From Verrucomicrobiales bacterium (GTDB lineage Bacteria; Verrucomicrobiota; Verrucomicrobiia; Limisphaerales; JAQGOY01), in contig JAQGOY010000244.1 of the NCBI GenBank assembly GCA_028293375.1, forward strand, positions 3,927 to 67,926: DNA of 64,000 nucleotides, written 5' to 3'. The translations under genes and the position numbers were made by a program. Below the pieces are notes generated by a model. The model was not told where the DNA came from. It did not search any database and saw only the letters and a program-made list of their open reading frames with translations. How positions within the stretch are numbered: the stretch's first letter is position 1; each line of letters opens with the position of its first letter. Shown in pieces: positions 30,601 to 39,466 of the stretch.

Positions 30601-30730
30601 CAGAAAGAATTTGCCTGACGTCACGGTTATAACTGATGGATGGCTTTGCCGCAGCTCCGAGGACGGAACAAAATGAGATATTCAGCAAAACACTCAATAA
30701 GCAAAGACGTAATACAAGTGGGACAGGCAT
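27629..30730 (-). CDS. PSCyt (CxxCH) + DUF1549 + DUF1553 domain protein
   Basis: 1033 aa with a signal peptide and the N-terminal heme motif CFYCHG. DUF1549-like (VRRLYLDLIGVPP) and DUF1553-like C-terminal regions. This is the canonical PVC pairing with DUF1501. Confidence 0.9.
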   Translation of the reverse strand: MPVPLVLRLCLLSVLLNISFCSVLGAAAKPSISYNRDVRQILSDNCFYCHGPDASHRKAKMRLDVREEALKKEAFVPGKPDKSEVVRRIFSADPEELMPPPDSNKKLSPAQKELLKRWIAEGSTYEGHWAYQLPVRPAIPAKSNPIDYLVQQRLKSIGLVPAAEADRRTLVRRLYLDLIGVPPKPEEVDGFVQNKSLNAYPELIEKLLASPHYGERRAIAWLDVVRFADTIGYHSDTGRNIWPYRDYVIRSFNENKPFDVFTREQLAGDLLPNSTLDQKVASAFNRLLLSTEEGGAQAKDYEARMLTDRVRAIGAVWLGQTIGCAQCHDHKFDPITSHDFYSMGAFFADIKEPIIGAREPGMFVPKDQAQADELVKWESKLTGLEAQYNGPHPELKDSFATWEREQTSAVERDRLWAALTPSSAESAEGVKLDIKSDQSILASGKKKPEKDTYAITLTNLSGVVRGLRIEALPDDSLPAKGPGRANNGNFVLTRIRAVVQHGDGTTEPVSFHSARASFEQSVAAESNPYKLWSAASVLDANAREDSTGWAILPEVARRQQLQLEIETPLEFKTGDTLKIELVQNHGHGSHTLGHFRLGATSNPEALTNKIPVSPTKEIADIAALAPEKRNQAQKDKLWDEYKKQATELMSLRQEIAGAKKSKTDFEATVPRCLVSVSEPNPRTVRILPRGNFLVETGEKVKPAFPGYLKASWQKYEKPQLTRLDLADWLIAKENPLTARVTMNRLWKEFFGAGLAKSLDDFGAQGESPKNQALLDWLSCEFMESEWDLKHMVKLLVTSRTYRQSSVMSGKALAVDPQNREFSAQGRWRLEAELVRDNALAISGLLVEKIGGPSVKPYQPDGYWENLNFPVRTWEKSTGDDQYRRGIYTWWQRSYLHPSMVAFDAPTREECVAERNRSNIPQQALALLNDPSYVEASRALAARVIQFGGKEMSTRINWAWKQALGRLPRTDEIKISRDLVGRQLAEYYSDPEAAKLVIHVGLAPNPDGIDPVELAAWTSVCRVILNLHETVTRN

Positions 30731-30850
30731 ATGGGCTCAGGTAACTACAATGGTCTAAAGTATCATCCCGTCAAAGTGCAATAGACATTTTGATGGAATC
30801 GTGACGAACCTTATTCAGAGAACCTTGCTGAACTTCTTCAAATACTCCTT

Positions 30851-31546
30851 TTACAATTTCTCGTTTGCCCGCAATTGCAGTAAAGCCGCCAGCGCAGCCG
30901 CGCTCTCAGCTTCTTTTTTGCTTTTGCCCTGCCCCGATGCAAGCAGTTTGCCTTCATGACTAACCGAGCACTCGAAGACCCGATCATGATCCGGCCCGGA
31001 AAAGGATTCCATCCGGTATTCCGGCGCAATATGAGAATTGCTTTGAAGATATTCCTGCAGTTCCCCCTTGGGATTTGTCTGCGAAGGAAGAACGTTAAAA
31101 CCGTCCAGAGTTTTTTCGAAGGATTCCACCACAAACTTTTGTGCCGCAACAAAACCCGAGTCTAAATAAACCGCTCCGATAATCGCTTCAAACGCATCCG
31201 CCAGGGCAGACGCTTTATCTCTGCCGCCACAGCTTTCTTCGGCCTTACTCAAAATAAGAAACTGGCCCAGCTGAAGATCTTTCCCGAGTCCCGAAAGTGA
31301 TTTTTTATTAGCGAGTTGGGCGCGGGCTTTGGTCATCAATCCCTCGCCGCTCTCTGGAAATCGTGCGAAAAGCTCCGCCGCAAGCACCGCCCCCAGAATC
31401 GCGTCCCCCAGGTATTCCAACCGCTGGTTGTCATCGCTTTCTTTGCCCGGTTCGTGCGCCAGAGAAGAATGAGTCAGCGCCAACACCAGCAACGCAGGCT
31501 GCTTGAAGTGGTAATTTAGTTTTTCTTCAAGATCGGAAAGCTCCAC
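30851..31546 (-). CDS. rnc: Ribonuclease III
   Basis: RNase III signature NQRLEYLGDAILG plus a C-terminal dsRBD (GPDHDRVFECSV...GQGKSKKEAESAAA). GTG start. Confidence 0.9.
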   Translation of the reverse strand: MELSDLEEKLNYHFKQPALLVLALTHSSLAHEPGKESDDNQRLEYLGDAILGAVLAAELFARFPESGEGLMTKARAQLANKKSLSGLGKDLQLGQFLILSKAEESCGGRDKASALADAFEAIIGAVYLDSGFVAAQKFVVESFEKTLDGFNVLPSQTNPKGELQEYLQSNSHIAPEYRMESFSGPDHDRVFECSVSHEGKLLASGQGKSKKEAESAAALAALLQLRANEKL

Positions 31547-31557
31547 AATACATCACG

Positions 31558-32247
31558 TTAAACAGGGTTCGGCTCCAAAACATGTTCTGTCTCGCCGGGA
31601 GCTTCGATTTCTCCCGCCTCCACTCGAGCCTCCGTTGCCTCGCATCCACATTCTGAAATCAGGGGAAAAGCCTCGGAGGATTCCCCTTCAGTGACGATCG
31701 GTTCCTGATAATTGGAAGCCGCAGGAATCTCTGGTTGAGGTATTCCATTCTCCAGCAGATCGGCAACATCCGTCTGAACCTGTTCCAATTGATCCAACTG
31801 CAAGTCCGGATCCGTGATGGTGAAGAAATCCCCCGACTTGGGATGTTCGTAAATAAAGATGCGCCTTCCATCCCGCTTTAATTGCTCCTTCACCTTGAGG
31901 ATGCGCTTGCGTTCCAGCATCACCGCCAGGATATAGCACGTTGCGCTGTAACGGGGATCGTTCACTTCCATCAGCTTGCGCAATAGCGTTTCGGCAGATT
32001 CTTTTTGGATGGCCTCGGGTGGCGGCGGCGGGGCTATTTCATAGACGCTGTGCCAGTAGGAAATAAATCCTTTTTCGTGCCCGGATTCGTTTTTGTATTT
32101 GCTGTCCCAGCAGGTCGGGCAAATATCCATTCGACGAAGTCCTGCGCGCTCATCCAACAACAAAGTGTGAAAAGTCTCCTTGTCGGAAAAATGTTTCTCA
32201 CAGGACTGACAGGCGTGGGCTCGGGATTGAATGTTCCAATCGTTCAT
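31558..32247 (-). CDS. Hypothetical zinc-ribbon protein upstream of rnc
   Basis: Start set at the ATG at 32247 (MNDWNIQSRAHACQSCEKHF...CPTCW). CxxC...CxxC pair and an acidic C-terminus. Lies 11 nt from rnc. Confidence 0.55.
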   Translation of the reverse strand: MNDWNIQSRAHACQSCEKHFSDKETFHTLLLDERAGLRRMDICPTCWDSKYKNESGHEKGFISYWHSVYEIAPPPPPEAIQKESAETLLRKLMEVNDPRYSATCYILAVMLERKRILKVKEQLKRDGRRIFIYEHPKSGDFFTITDPDLQLDQLEQVQTDVADLLENGIPQPEIPAASNYQEPIVTEGESSEAFPLISECGCEATEARVEAGEIEAPGETEHVLEPNPV

Positions 32248-32402
32248 GAATGCTATTCTAAAACATGCCTGAGGCATCGAGGGACATCAATCCCATTTGA
32301 TCAAATTGATCTGCAAAAATTGAATTCCCGAAACACCCTTCAGGGAGAATCGGTGCTCGGGAGCTTGAAGATTGGAAAGAAACAGACTATGACTGGCAAA
32401 TC

Positions 32403-33620
32403 ATGAGTAATGACTGGAGCCCTCGCTTAATGAATATCGTAAAAAATGCAGTTCTGATCGGGATGGCGCTTGCCTCCACCAGCCTGTTCGCCGCCGACGC
32501 GTTGCCCAGGATCAAAATGAAGCCCATTTACCCGAACATCAAGTTCGTGCGGCCCCTTTGGTTTTGTGAGGCTAACGACGGTTCAGGCCGATTTTTTTAC
32601 ATCGAACAGGACGGACAGGTTTTTATATTACCCAGGGACAAGGCCAGTTCGGAACGCAAATTGTTCCTGGACTTGTCGGACAGAAAACCCCATCGCGAAA
32701 ATGAGGAGGGTTTGCTGGGGTTTGCCCTCCATCCCGACTTCAAAACCAACGGCAAATTCTACGTCTATTACAGCGCCTTCGATCCGCGTCGAACAGTGAT
32801 CAGCGAGTTTCAAGTCTCCAAACAGGATCCTGACAAGGCAGACCCTGCCACCGAGCGGGTGGTCTTGACCGTGGCGCAGCCTTACGGCAATCACAAGGGC
32901 GGCACTATTATTTTTGGTCCTGATAAATATCTTTACTGTGGCTACGGAGATGGCGGAGCCGGAAATGATCCTCATGGCAACGGCCAGAAAATGAGCATTC
33001 TTTTGGCGAAGGTGATTCGCATCGACGTGAACTCCAAGGATCCAGGCCTCGAATATTCGATTCCAAAAGACAACCCCTTTGTCGGCAAAGAAAACGCACG
33101 GGGAGAAATTTGGGCTCTGGGTGTTCGAAATCCATGGAGAATGAGTTTCGATACCAAAACCGGACTCCTTTACGCCGGCGAGGTGGGTCAGGATTTGTGG
33201 GAGGAAGTGGACATCATCGAAAAGGGCGGCAACTACGGCTGGAATATTCGTGAAGCATTTCATCCCTTTCAGAATCATACTTCCAGCGCAAAGTTTGTGG
33301 AGCCCCTCATTGAATATCCTCACAAAGAACAACAATCCACCAACCACCTGCCCGGTTTAAGCATCACCGGTGGCTACGTCTATCACGGCAAGAAAGTTCC
33401 TGCTCTCGAGGGCGTTTATCTTTATGCCGACTGGGCTACTGGCAATTTGTTCGGTCTTCGTTACGAAAACAACAAAGTGACGACGGATGGCGTTTTGGAA
33501 CTCGGACCCAAAATCCCAAACCCAGTCCGGAATATTGCCGCTTTTGGCCAGGACAATGCCGGTGAAGTTTATGTATTGGCATTTGACGGGCACATCTACG
33601 AACTGGCGGAGGACAAATAA
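32403..33620 (+). CDS. PQQ-dependent sugar (glucose/sorbosone) dehydrogenase-like beta-propeller
   Basis: Signal peptide, then EGLLGFALHPDF, HKGGTIIFGPDKYLY, GVRNPWRMSFD and GGNYGWN. Confidence 0.8.
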   Translation: MSNDWSPRLMNIVKNAVLIGMALASTSLFAADALPRIKMKPIYPNIKFVRPLWFCEANDGSGRFFYIEQDGQVFILPRDKASSERKLFLDLSDRKPHRENEEGLLGFALHPDFKTNGKFYVYYSAFDPRRTVISEFQVSKQDPDKADPATERVVLTVAQPYGNHKGGTIIFGPDKYLYCGYGDGGAGNDPHGNGQKMSILLAKVIRIDVNSKDPGLEYSIPKDNPFVGKENARGEIWALGVRNPWRMSFDTKTGLLYAGEVGQDLWEEVDIIEKGGNYGWNIREAFHPFQNHTSSAKFVEPLIEYPHKEQQSTNHLPGLSITGGYVYHGKKVPALEGVYLYADWATGNLFGLRYENNKVTTDGVLELGPKIPNPVRNIAAFGQDNAGEVYVLAFDGHIYELAEDK

Positions 33621-33625
33621 CCATT

Positions 33626-34600
33626 GTGTCTGACCATGCCTCTCGAACCGAAACGTTCCAAATCGAACGCTCGCTGCCTGATGGAAGGCTGGATAATTTC
33701 TTAAAAGATCGTTATCCCGCCGTCACTCGGGGTACGATTCAGCGTCTGATTGAGGAAGGCCACATCACCATCAACGAAAAGATGGTGAAGCAGAACCACA
33801 AACCAAAGGCTGGAGATACGGTCAGCGTTTACTGGCCGGAACCAAAGCCAGCCGAGGCAAAACCCGAGGCTATCGCCCTCGATGTGCTATTTGAGGACAG
33901 CGACATTATCGTCCTCAACAAACCTGCCGGCCTCGTGGTGCATCCCGCAGCAGGACACGAAGATCACACCCTGGTTAACGCTCTACTGCACCATTGTAAG
34001 GGTCAATTAAGTGGAATCGGCGGCGTGGCGCGGCCGGGCATTGTTCATCGTCTCGACAAGGACACCAGCGGTTGCATCATTGCCGCCAAAACCGACCAGG
34101 CCCATCAAGGACTCGCAAGTCAATTTGCGGAAAGAGAACTCTCCAAAATCTACCTGGCCTTGCTCATCGGCGTCATGACAGAACCCAAGGGCGTTATTCG
34201 CGCTTCCATTACGAGGCATCCCACCCACCGTAAACAAATGACTGTGCAAAATTCCGGGCGGGAGGCGCACACCAGCTTTGTAGTCCTGGAGAGGATGACC
34301 ACCGTCACCCTGGTGGAAGCCACTCTCCACACTGGCAGGACACATCAAATTCGCGTCCACTTTAAACACGTCGGTTATCCGCTCGCTGGGGATATCGTCT
34401 ACGGATCGAAACCAAATATCCGATTGCAGGAACAGACCGGTATTGTCATACCGCGACAAATGCTCCACGCAAAAACTCTGGAAATAACTCACCCGCTCAC
34501 CGGCAGGAAAATGAAATTCGAAGCCCCTCTGCCTCAGGATTTTGAGGATATCTTAACCAGCTTTCGCAAGTGGAAAGGCAAAACTGGACTGAAGAAGTGA
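33626..34600 (+). CDS. rluD: RluA-family 23S rRNA pseudouridine synthase (RluD-like), S4 domain + catalytic domain
   Basis: N-terminal S4-like domain and catalytic motif HRLDKDTSG, plus THQIRVH. GTG start. Confidence 0.85.
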   Translation: MSDHASRTETFQIERSLPDGRLDNFLKDRYPAVTRGTIQRLIEEGHITINEKMVKQNHKPKAGDTVSVYWPEPKPAEAKPEAIALDVLFEDSDIIVLNKPAGLVVHPAAGHEDHTLVNALLHHCKGQLSGIGGVARPGIVHRLDKDTSGCIIAAKTDQAHQGLASQFAERELSKIYLALLIGVMTEPKGVIRASITRHPTHRKQMTVQNSGREAHTSFVVLERMTTVTLVEATLHTGRTHQIRVHFKHVGYPLAGDIVYGSKPNIRLQEQTGIVIPRQMLHAKTLEITHPLTGRKMKFEAPLPQDFEDILTSFRKWKGKTGLKK

Positions 34601-35094
34601 CCGCAGTCGAATTAATTGTTTTCACTTTGTGCATCCTTCTGATGCTGGCCCTTTCTTTTTGCGCATTGATCCCATCAATTCCTGCAATTCCCATTGTAAC
34701 CGCAATTCCCTTCCTCCATCGCTTGATCTTCAAAAGCCATGGAGCTCCCGGATGGATCCTTGCCTTGATTGGAGTTTTTTGCGCAGTCGCTCTTCTCCTC
34801 GATACCCTCGCGGGTTCGTACGGGGCAAAAAAAATGGGGGCAGGAAAACTGGGAATCATTGGAGCCATTGTTGGTGGCATCGCTGGTTTATTTTTCGGGC
34901 TGCCTGGAATCATCGCCGGACCTTTTGTCGGCGCGTTGTTGTTTGAAATGTTGGGCGGTCGGAAAATGAAGGAATCAGCAAAAGCAGGCTTGGGAGCCAC
35001 TCTTGGGATTTTTGCCGGGGCTCTTGGAAAATTCGCCATCAGCCTCTTAATCACGATTCTGTTTTGTGTCGGTGTTTTAAAAAACAGTTTTTAG
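34597..35094 (+). CDS. DUF456-family membrane protein
   Basis: Four hydrophobic segments plus a GxxxG-rich region (GAKKMGAGKLGIIGAIVGGIAGLFFGLPGIIAGPFVGALLFE). Start set at the GTG at 34597, giving a GTGA overlap with the rluD stop. Confidence 0.6.
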   Translation: MTAVELIVFTLCILLMLALSFCALIPSIPAIPIVTAIPFLHRLIFKSHGAPGWILALIGVFCAVALLLDTLAGSYGAKKMGAGKLGIIGAIVGGIAGLFFGLPGIIAGPFVGALLFEMLGGRKMKESAKAGLGATLGIFAGALGKFAISLLITILFCVGVLKNSF

Positions 35095-35160
35095 GGAAAC
35101 CCTCCGCCGTGTGGGCTTTAATGATTGTATTCGATCAAACAAAGCTGCTAGGAATGAATC

Positions 35161-36084
35161 ATGTCACCCCTCCAATCGAGAAGGAATTTCCTCCTCTCCA
35201 GCGCACTGGCCACCACCGCAGTTGCCTTCGGTTCCATGGTTGAGTCTCAGGCTATGGAGAAATTGGCAAGAAAGGGCGAACCGCGTCTTTTCCTCAGTCT
35301 CGCCGCCTACTCCTTTCGGGATTATTTCAAGGACTCCACCAGCAAGCCCAATCCCGCCATTCCCGAAAGCAAAAAAATTGATTTATTTGATTTCATTGAT
35401 TATTGCGGAGCCAATGGATGCATCGGCGCTGAGCTCACCAGCTATTATTTTCCAAAGGAAATCAGCAACGACTTCCTCTTGAAACTTCGAAGGCACGCCT
35501 TTTTGCGCGGAGTGCCCATTAGCGGCAGCGCCGTGGGCAACACCTTCACACTCCCAAAGGGTGAAAAACGAGACAAGGAGATCCAGCACGTGAAAGACTG
35601 GGTGGATCGTTGCGCCCTCCTCGGCACTTCGCACATCCGCGTTTTTGCTGGCAGCTTGCAGCCTGGCATGGACGAGGAGGCGGCAAGAAAATTAGCCATC
35701 GAAGCCCTGGAGGAGTGTTGCGACTACGCCGGGAAACATGGGATATTTCTCGGGCTTGAAAACCACGGCGGAATTGTCGCCGAGCCTGACCAGGTCCTCG
35801 AAATTATTCGCGCCGTCCAAAGTAAATGGATCGGAATCAATCTCGATTCAGGGAATTTCCATACCGATCCTTATGGCGACTTTGAAAAGTGCGCTCCTTA
35901 TGCCGTCAACGTCCAGATCAAAGAGGAAATAACGGTGAAACCTAGCAAAACTCCAGAGAAGGCCGACTTGGTCCGGGTGCTGGACATCCTCAGAAAAACC
36001 AATTATCAGGGTTTTGTCGCACTCGAATACGAATCTAAAGAAGACCCCTGGACTGCGGTCCCCCGCCTGCTAAAACAACTCTAG
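35161..36084 (+). CDS. Sugar phosphate isomerase/epimerase (xylose-isomerase-like TIM barrel) with Tat signal
   Basis: Twin-arginine leader SRRNFLLSSALATTAVAFG. TIM-barrel motifs HIRVFAG, LGLENHGG and FVALEYE. Confidence 0.8.
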   Translation: MSPLQSRRNFLLSSALATTAVAFGSMVESQAMEKLARKGEPRLFLSLAAYSFRDYFKDSTSKPNPAIPESKKIDLFDFIDYCGANGCIGAELTSYYFPKEISNDFLLKLRRHAFLRGVPISGSAVGNTFTLPKGEKRDKEIQHVKDWVDRCALLGTSHIRVFAGSLQPGMDEEAARKLAIEALEECCDYAGKHGIFLGLENHGGIVAEPDQVLEIIRAVQSKWIGINLDSGNFHTDPYGDFEKCAPYAVNVQIKEEITVKPSKTPEKADLVRVLDILRKTNYQGFVALEYESKEDPWTAVPRLLKQL

Positions 36085-36085
36085 C

Positions 36086-37939
36086 CTAAGTCAGTTCCGT
36101 TGCTGCCGCCCATTTGGAAAAATAGGTGCTCTGGTTCTGGGTCAATTCCGCCCACGTGCCCTGTTCCACCATTTCACCAGACTTCAGCACAAGTATCGTA
36201 TCCGCATCCCGAACTGTCGAAAGGCGATGCGCAATAATCAGCACGGTAAGAGATCCGTGCAGTTTTTGCAGCGCGCTTTGGATCAATTTTTCGTTTTCGA
36301 TATCCAGGGAACTCGTTGCTTCGTCCAGCAATAGAAACGTCGGTTTCCTCACCAAAGCACGCGCTAGGGTCAATCGTTGTCTTTCCCCGCCAGACAATCT
36401 TATACCCCTTTCTCCGACAATGGTGTCCAACCCGCTTGGAAGGGCATTGACCATTTCGAAGGCAGCAGAATTCCGTAATGCCTCCCACATCTGCTCCTCC
36501 GTCACAGCATCGCCGCTCCACGACAGGTTCGCACGGATAGTATCGTGGAAAAGAAATGGATCCTGGGAGACATACGCTACCGATTGCCGCCATTGCTGCA
36601 GGCGCTCCCCTTTTAGGCTTTGGCCATTGACTTTTACAAGTCCCTCCCCTGGCGTCAAAAGTCCGAGAAGCAAATCCGCGAGCGTGCTTTTACCGCTGCC
36701 TGATGGGCCGCAAAGCGCCACGGTTTTTCCCGGCCGAATCTCGAAGGAGACCTCTCGAATTACTTTTTGTCCCTCATTGGAATATTGAAAGGAAACGCGA
36801 TCAACCTGGATTGGTTCCCGGAGTTCCAAACGCCCAACTGGCAATGAGCTTTTGATTAATGGCTCTTCCGCACCTGCAAATTCCGCCGTCAATGACTCAA
36901 CATTGGCGAAAGACGGCAACATTTGTGAGATACGGTGATATGAACTCTGGAGATTGGAAATCCGCGGCAGCAATCTGGTAAAAATAAACAGAAAAAGCAG
37001 GAGCTCCGCAGTGCTCAAATGGGAATAACTAATGGATGCGAAAAGAAAAAAGCAAAGGCAGAGGACGGCCCCCGCTTCATAAACAGCCCGCGAAAAACCA
37101 AAGATTCGGCCTATTTTTACCGACTGTTCCGAAATAGCCTCAATCACCCCCTTGAAATGTAGAAAATGGCTCTCCTCGCGCCCATGGCTGCGAGCTAGTT
37201 TCAAACTTTGCAGATGCTCCGAAATTGCCGACTGCATTTCGCCGCGTTTACCCTGCGCCGCGAACCCCAGCGCATGACTTTTCCGTGTCAGCGGACGAAT
37301 TACCAGAAGCAGGAGTCCTCCTGCTCCAAGCGCAATTGCTGTCAGCTTGGGCGAAAGTGCAAAAGTAATGGCTATTTGGATCATCACCACCAGCCCAGAC
37401 CCCATAAGAACAGTCAATTGTTGAGCGCCCACTCCGATCCGCTGGATTTCATCCGTCAAGGCCTGGGTAACCGCTGCCCCGCGCTGTCGGCTGAAGAAAA
37501 GCCAGTTGGATCGAAGAACCGCCCCGTAAAGTCGTTCCCGAAGGAAAACAATGTAGCCATTCTCCACCCGCAGATTTCCCGATTCCAGAATTTGCCGGAG
37601 GATGATCTGGCCAATCATTACCCCTGCAAAGAGCATTAGAACAGTGCCAAGTCTTGGTTGCAAATGAAGCAGGGCAAAGCCCTCTGTGACTGCGCGGGAT
37701 ATTTTAGAATCTCCATTCTGCCCAGCAATGCCAAGCAAATGGAGCATTGGAAGAAGAATAAGAATCCCGGTTCCTTCCAATAACGCTGTAACAACAAACA
37801 GTAGAATCAGGATTGGGACACGATGGCTCGCAAATCCAAAAAAGGACCTGATTAGTCTCAGGATTAGTTGTCCCGGCCTAAAAACTTCCACCTGCGTTAA
37901 TTCAGCATCTGTTTCAGCCATTCCTATCGTCCCTATCAT
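36086..37939 (-). CDS. ABC exporter, fused permease/ATPase (MsbA-like)
   Basis: Six-TM N-terminal half, then Walker A GPSGSGKST, signature LSGGERQRLTLARAL and Walker B LLLDEATSSLD. Confidence 0.85.
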   Translation of the reverse strand: MIGTIGMAETDAELTQVEVFRPGQLILRLIRSFFGFASHRVPILILLFVVTALLEGTGILILLPMLHLLGIAGQNGDSKISRAVTEGFALLHLQPRLGTVLMLFAGVMIGQIILRQILESGNLRVENGYIVFLRERLYGAVLRSNWLFFSRQRGAAVTQALTDEIQRIGVGAQQLTVLMGSGLVVMIQIAITFALSPKLTAIALGAGGLLLLVIRPLTRKSHALGFAAQGKRGEMQSAISEHLQSLKLARSHGREESHFLHFKGVIEAISEQSVKIGRIFGFSRAVYEAGAVLCLCFFLFASISYSHLSTAELLLFLFIFTRLLPRISNLQSSYHRISQMLPSFANVESLTAEFAGAEEPLIKSSLPVGRLELREPIQVDRVSFQYSNEGQKVIREVSFEIRPGKTVALCGPSGSGKSTLADLLLGLLTPGEGLVKVNGQSLKGERLQQWRQSVAYVSQDPFLFHDTIRANLSWSGDAVTEEQMWEALRNSAAFEMVNALPSGLDTIVGERGIRLSGGERQRLTLARALVRKPTFLLLDEATSSLDIENEKLIQSALQKLHGSLTVLIIAHRLSTVRDADTILVLKSGEMVEQGTWAELTQNQSTYFSKWAAATELT

Positions 37940-38098
37940 GGAGAGCTAACAATATTGTTCGAGGATAAAAATAAGGACGGCATCTTCTTGATACAATGAA
38001 TAATACGCGGAGCTAGCTTTCTCAAATCAATCCATTCCCAGACCCCGGCTTCGAAAATAGTTTGTAAGATTTCACCAGTTAGCGGCATTTACCTATGA

Positions 38099-39307
38099 AT
38101 GCAGGACATGGATGACAATCAACTGTTGCGCGAGTATAAAGCCAACAACTCCGAAGAGGCTTTTGCCACCCTTGTGGCGCGCCACGTCAATAAAGTCTAT
38201 TCCGCAGCCTTGCGGCATACCGGCAATTCGCACCAGGCTGAGGAAATCACACAATCGGTCTTCATCACTCTGGCCAGACAATCAGGCCAGTTATCCAAGG
38301 CCGTCATCCTGGAAGGTTGGTTGTATCAAACGGCGCGATTGACTGCTCTAACCCGCATCCGCGGAGAAATTCGTCGCGCCAAACGAGAACAGGAGGCCCA
38401 TATGCAAGCCATCGTCAATGAGAATGAATCCGAAGTATGGAAAGAAATCCAGCCCATGCTTGACTCCGCCATAGCGGAGTTAAACGAGGCCGACCGTCAC
38501 GCGGTAGTCTTGCGATTTTTTTATGAAAAGAACATGAAGGAAGTCGGACTCGCCCTGGGCAGCACGGAAGGCGCCGCCACCGTTCGTTTACATCGCGCGT
38601 TGGACAAAATGCGCACTTTCTTCATCAAACATGGTGTAAGTTCCTCCACCGCCATCATCGCCGCAGCAATTTCCGCAAACTCAGTCCAGGCGGCGCCTGC
38701 CCAACTCGCAAAGGCAATCACTGGCGTGGCGATGATAAAAGGCGCAGCTACTGGCGGAGTGACCCTGACTGTTCTGAAAAGCGGCGCTTTGAAAACCATG
38801 ACGGGATTAAAATTGACGACCCTGGCCTTGATCCTCGCCAATGTCTTTACGTCACAGAAAATAGTCGCGACACATTTCAATTTTGCCGGAAAAGCTGATG
38901 CCTGGACTACTCAGTCCAACGCCGCCCTGATTTGGCTCGTGCTAGGTTGTGGGTTTCCCATTTTTTTTGTTGTCATCGGTCATCTCGCCCGCTATCTGAC
39001 CAAAAATAGTAACGCACTGAATCTACCCCATCGGGAATATTGGCTGGCGCCGGAACAAGTCGGTGAAACTTCCGAATATTTTTATCGTCATTTTCACAAG
39101 CTGGCCTTCATGGGTGCACTATTTATGCTTAGCCAAATGTTAATACAGATTGACGCAAACCACCAAAATCCTCCTCATCTCTCTGCTTCGCTGATTTTGG
39201 TATCGGGCGGTTGTTATATCGCGGCCGTGGTCGTTTGGATGGCACGGATGTTTTGGCGCTTCCACCGAATCCCAGCATCTTCCGCTTCCGCCCCGGGCGT
39301 TCATTGA
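38099..39307 (+). CDS. ECF sigma-70 factor fused to a C-terminal multi-pass membrane domain
   Basis: Sigma region 2 (FATLVARHVNKVYSAALRHTGNSHQAEEITQSVF) and region 4 (ADRHAVVLRFFYEKNMKEVGLALGSTEGAATVRLHRALDKMR) fall in the first ~185 aa. An Ala-rich TM follows, then about 4 more TM segments (LIWLVLGCGFPIFFVVIG...). Confidence 0.8.
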   Translation: MQDMDDNQLLREYKANNSEEAFATLVARHVNKVYSAALRHTGNSHQAEEITQSVFITLARQSGQLSKAVILEGWLYQTARLTALTRIRGEIRRAKREQEAHMQAIVNENESEVWKEIQPMLDSAIAELNEADRHAVVLRFFYEKNMKEVGLALGSTEGAATVRLHRALDKMRTFFIKHGVSSSTAIIAAAISANSVQAAPAQLAKAITGVAMIKGAATGGVTLTVLKSGALKTMTGLKLTTLALILANVFTSQKIVATHFNFAGKADAWTTQSNAALIWLVLGCGFPIFFVVIGHLARYLTKNSNALNLPHREYWLAPEQVGETSEYFYRHFHKLAFMGALFMLSQMLIQIDANHQNPPHLSASLILVSGGCYIAAVVVWMARMFWRFHRIPASSASAPGVH

Positions 39308-39466
39308 AAAATTAGGCACGTCCGGAATGGGAAGCAGGGGTCCATCCAGAGGCAGCCCCCGGTTTCGTTAGGCCCCGCCATTTACCGTTCTTCCGCTGCG
39401 GGGATACGAGGTGGCCCGTCTATTGCCTGTTTGCAAAAATAGCTCGAAACGGTATCCTTCGCATTC

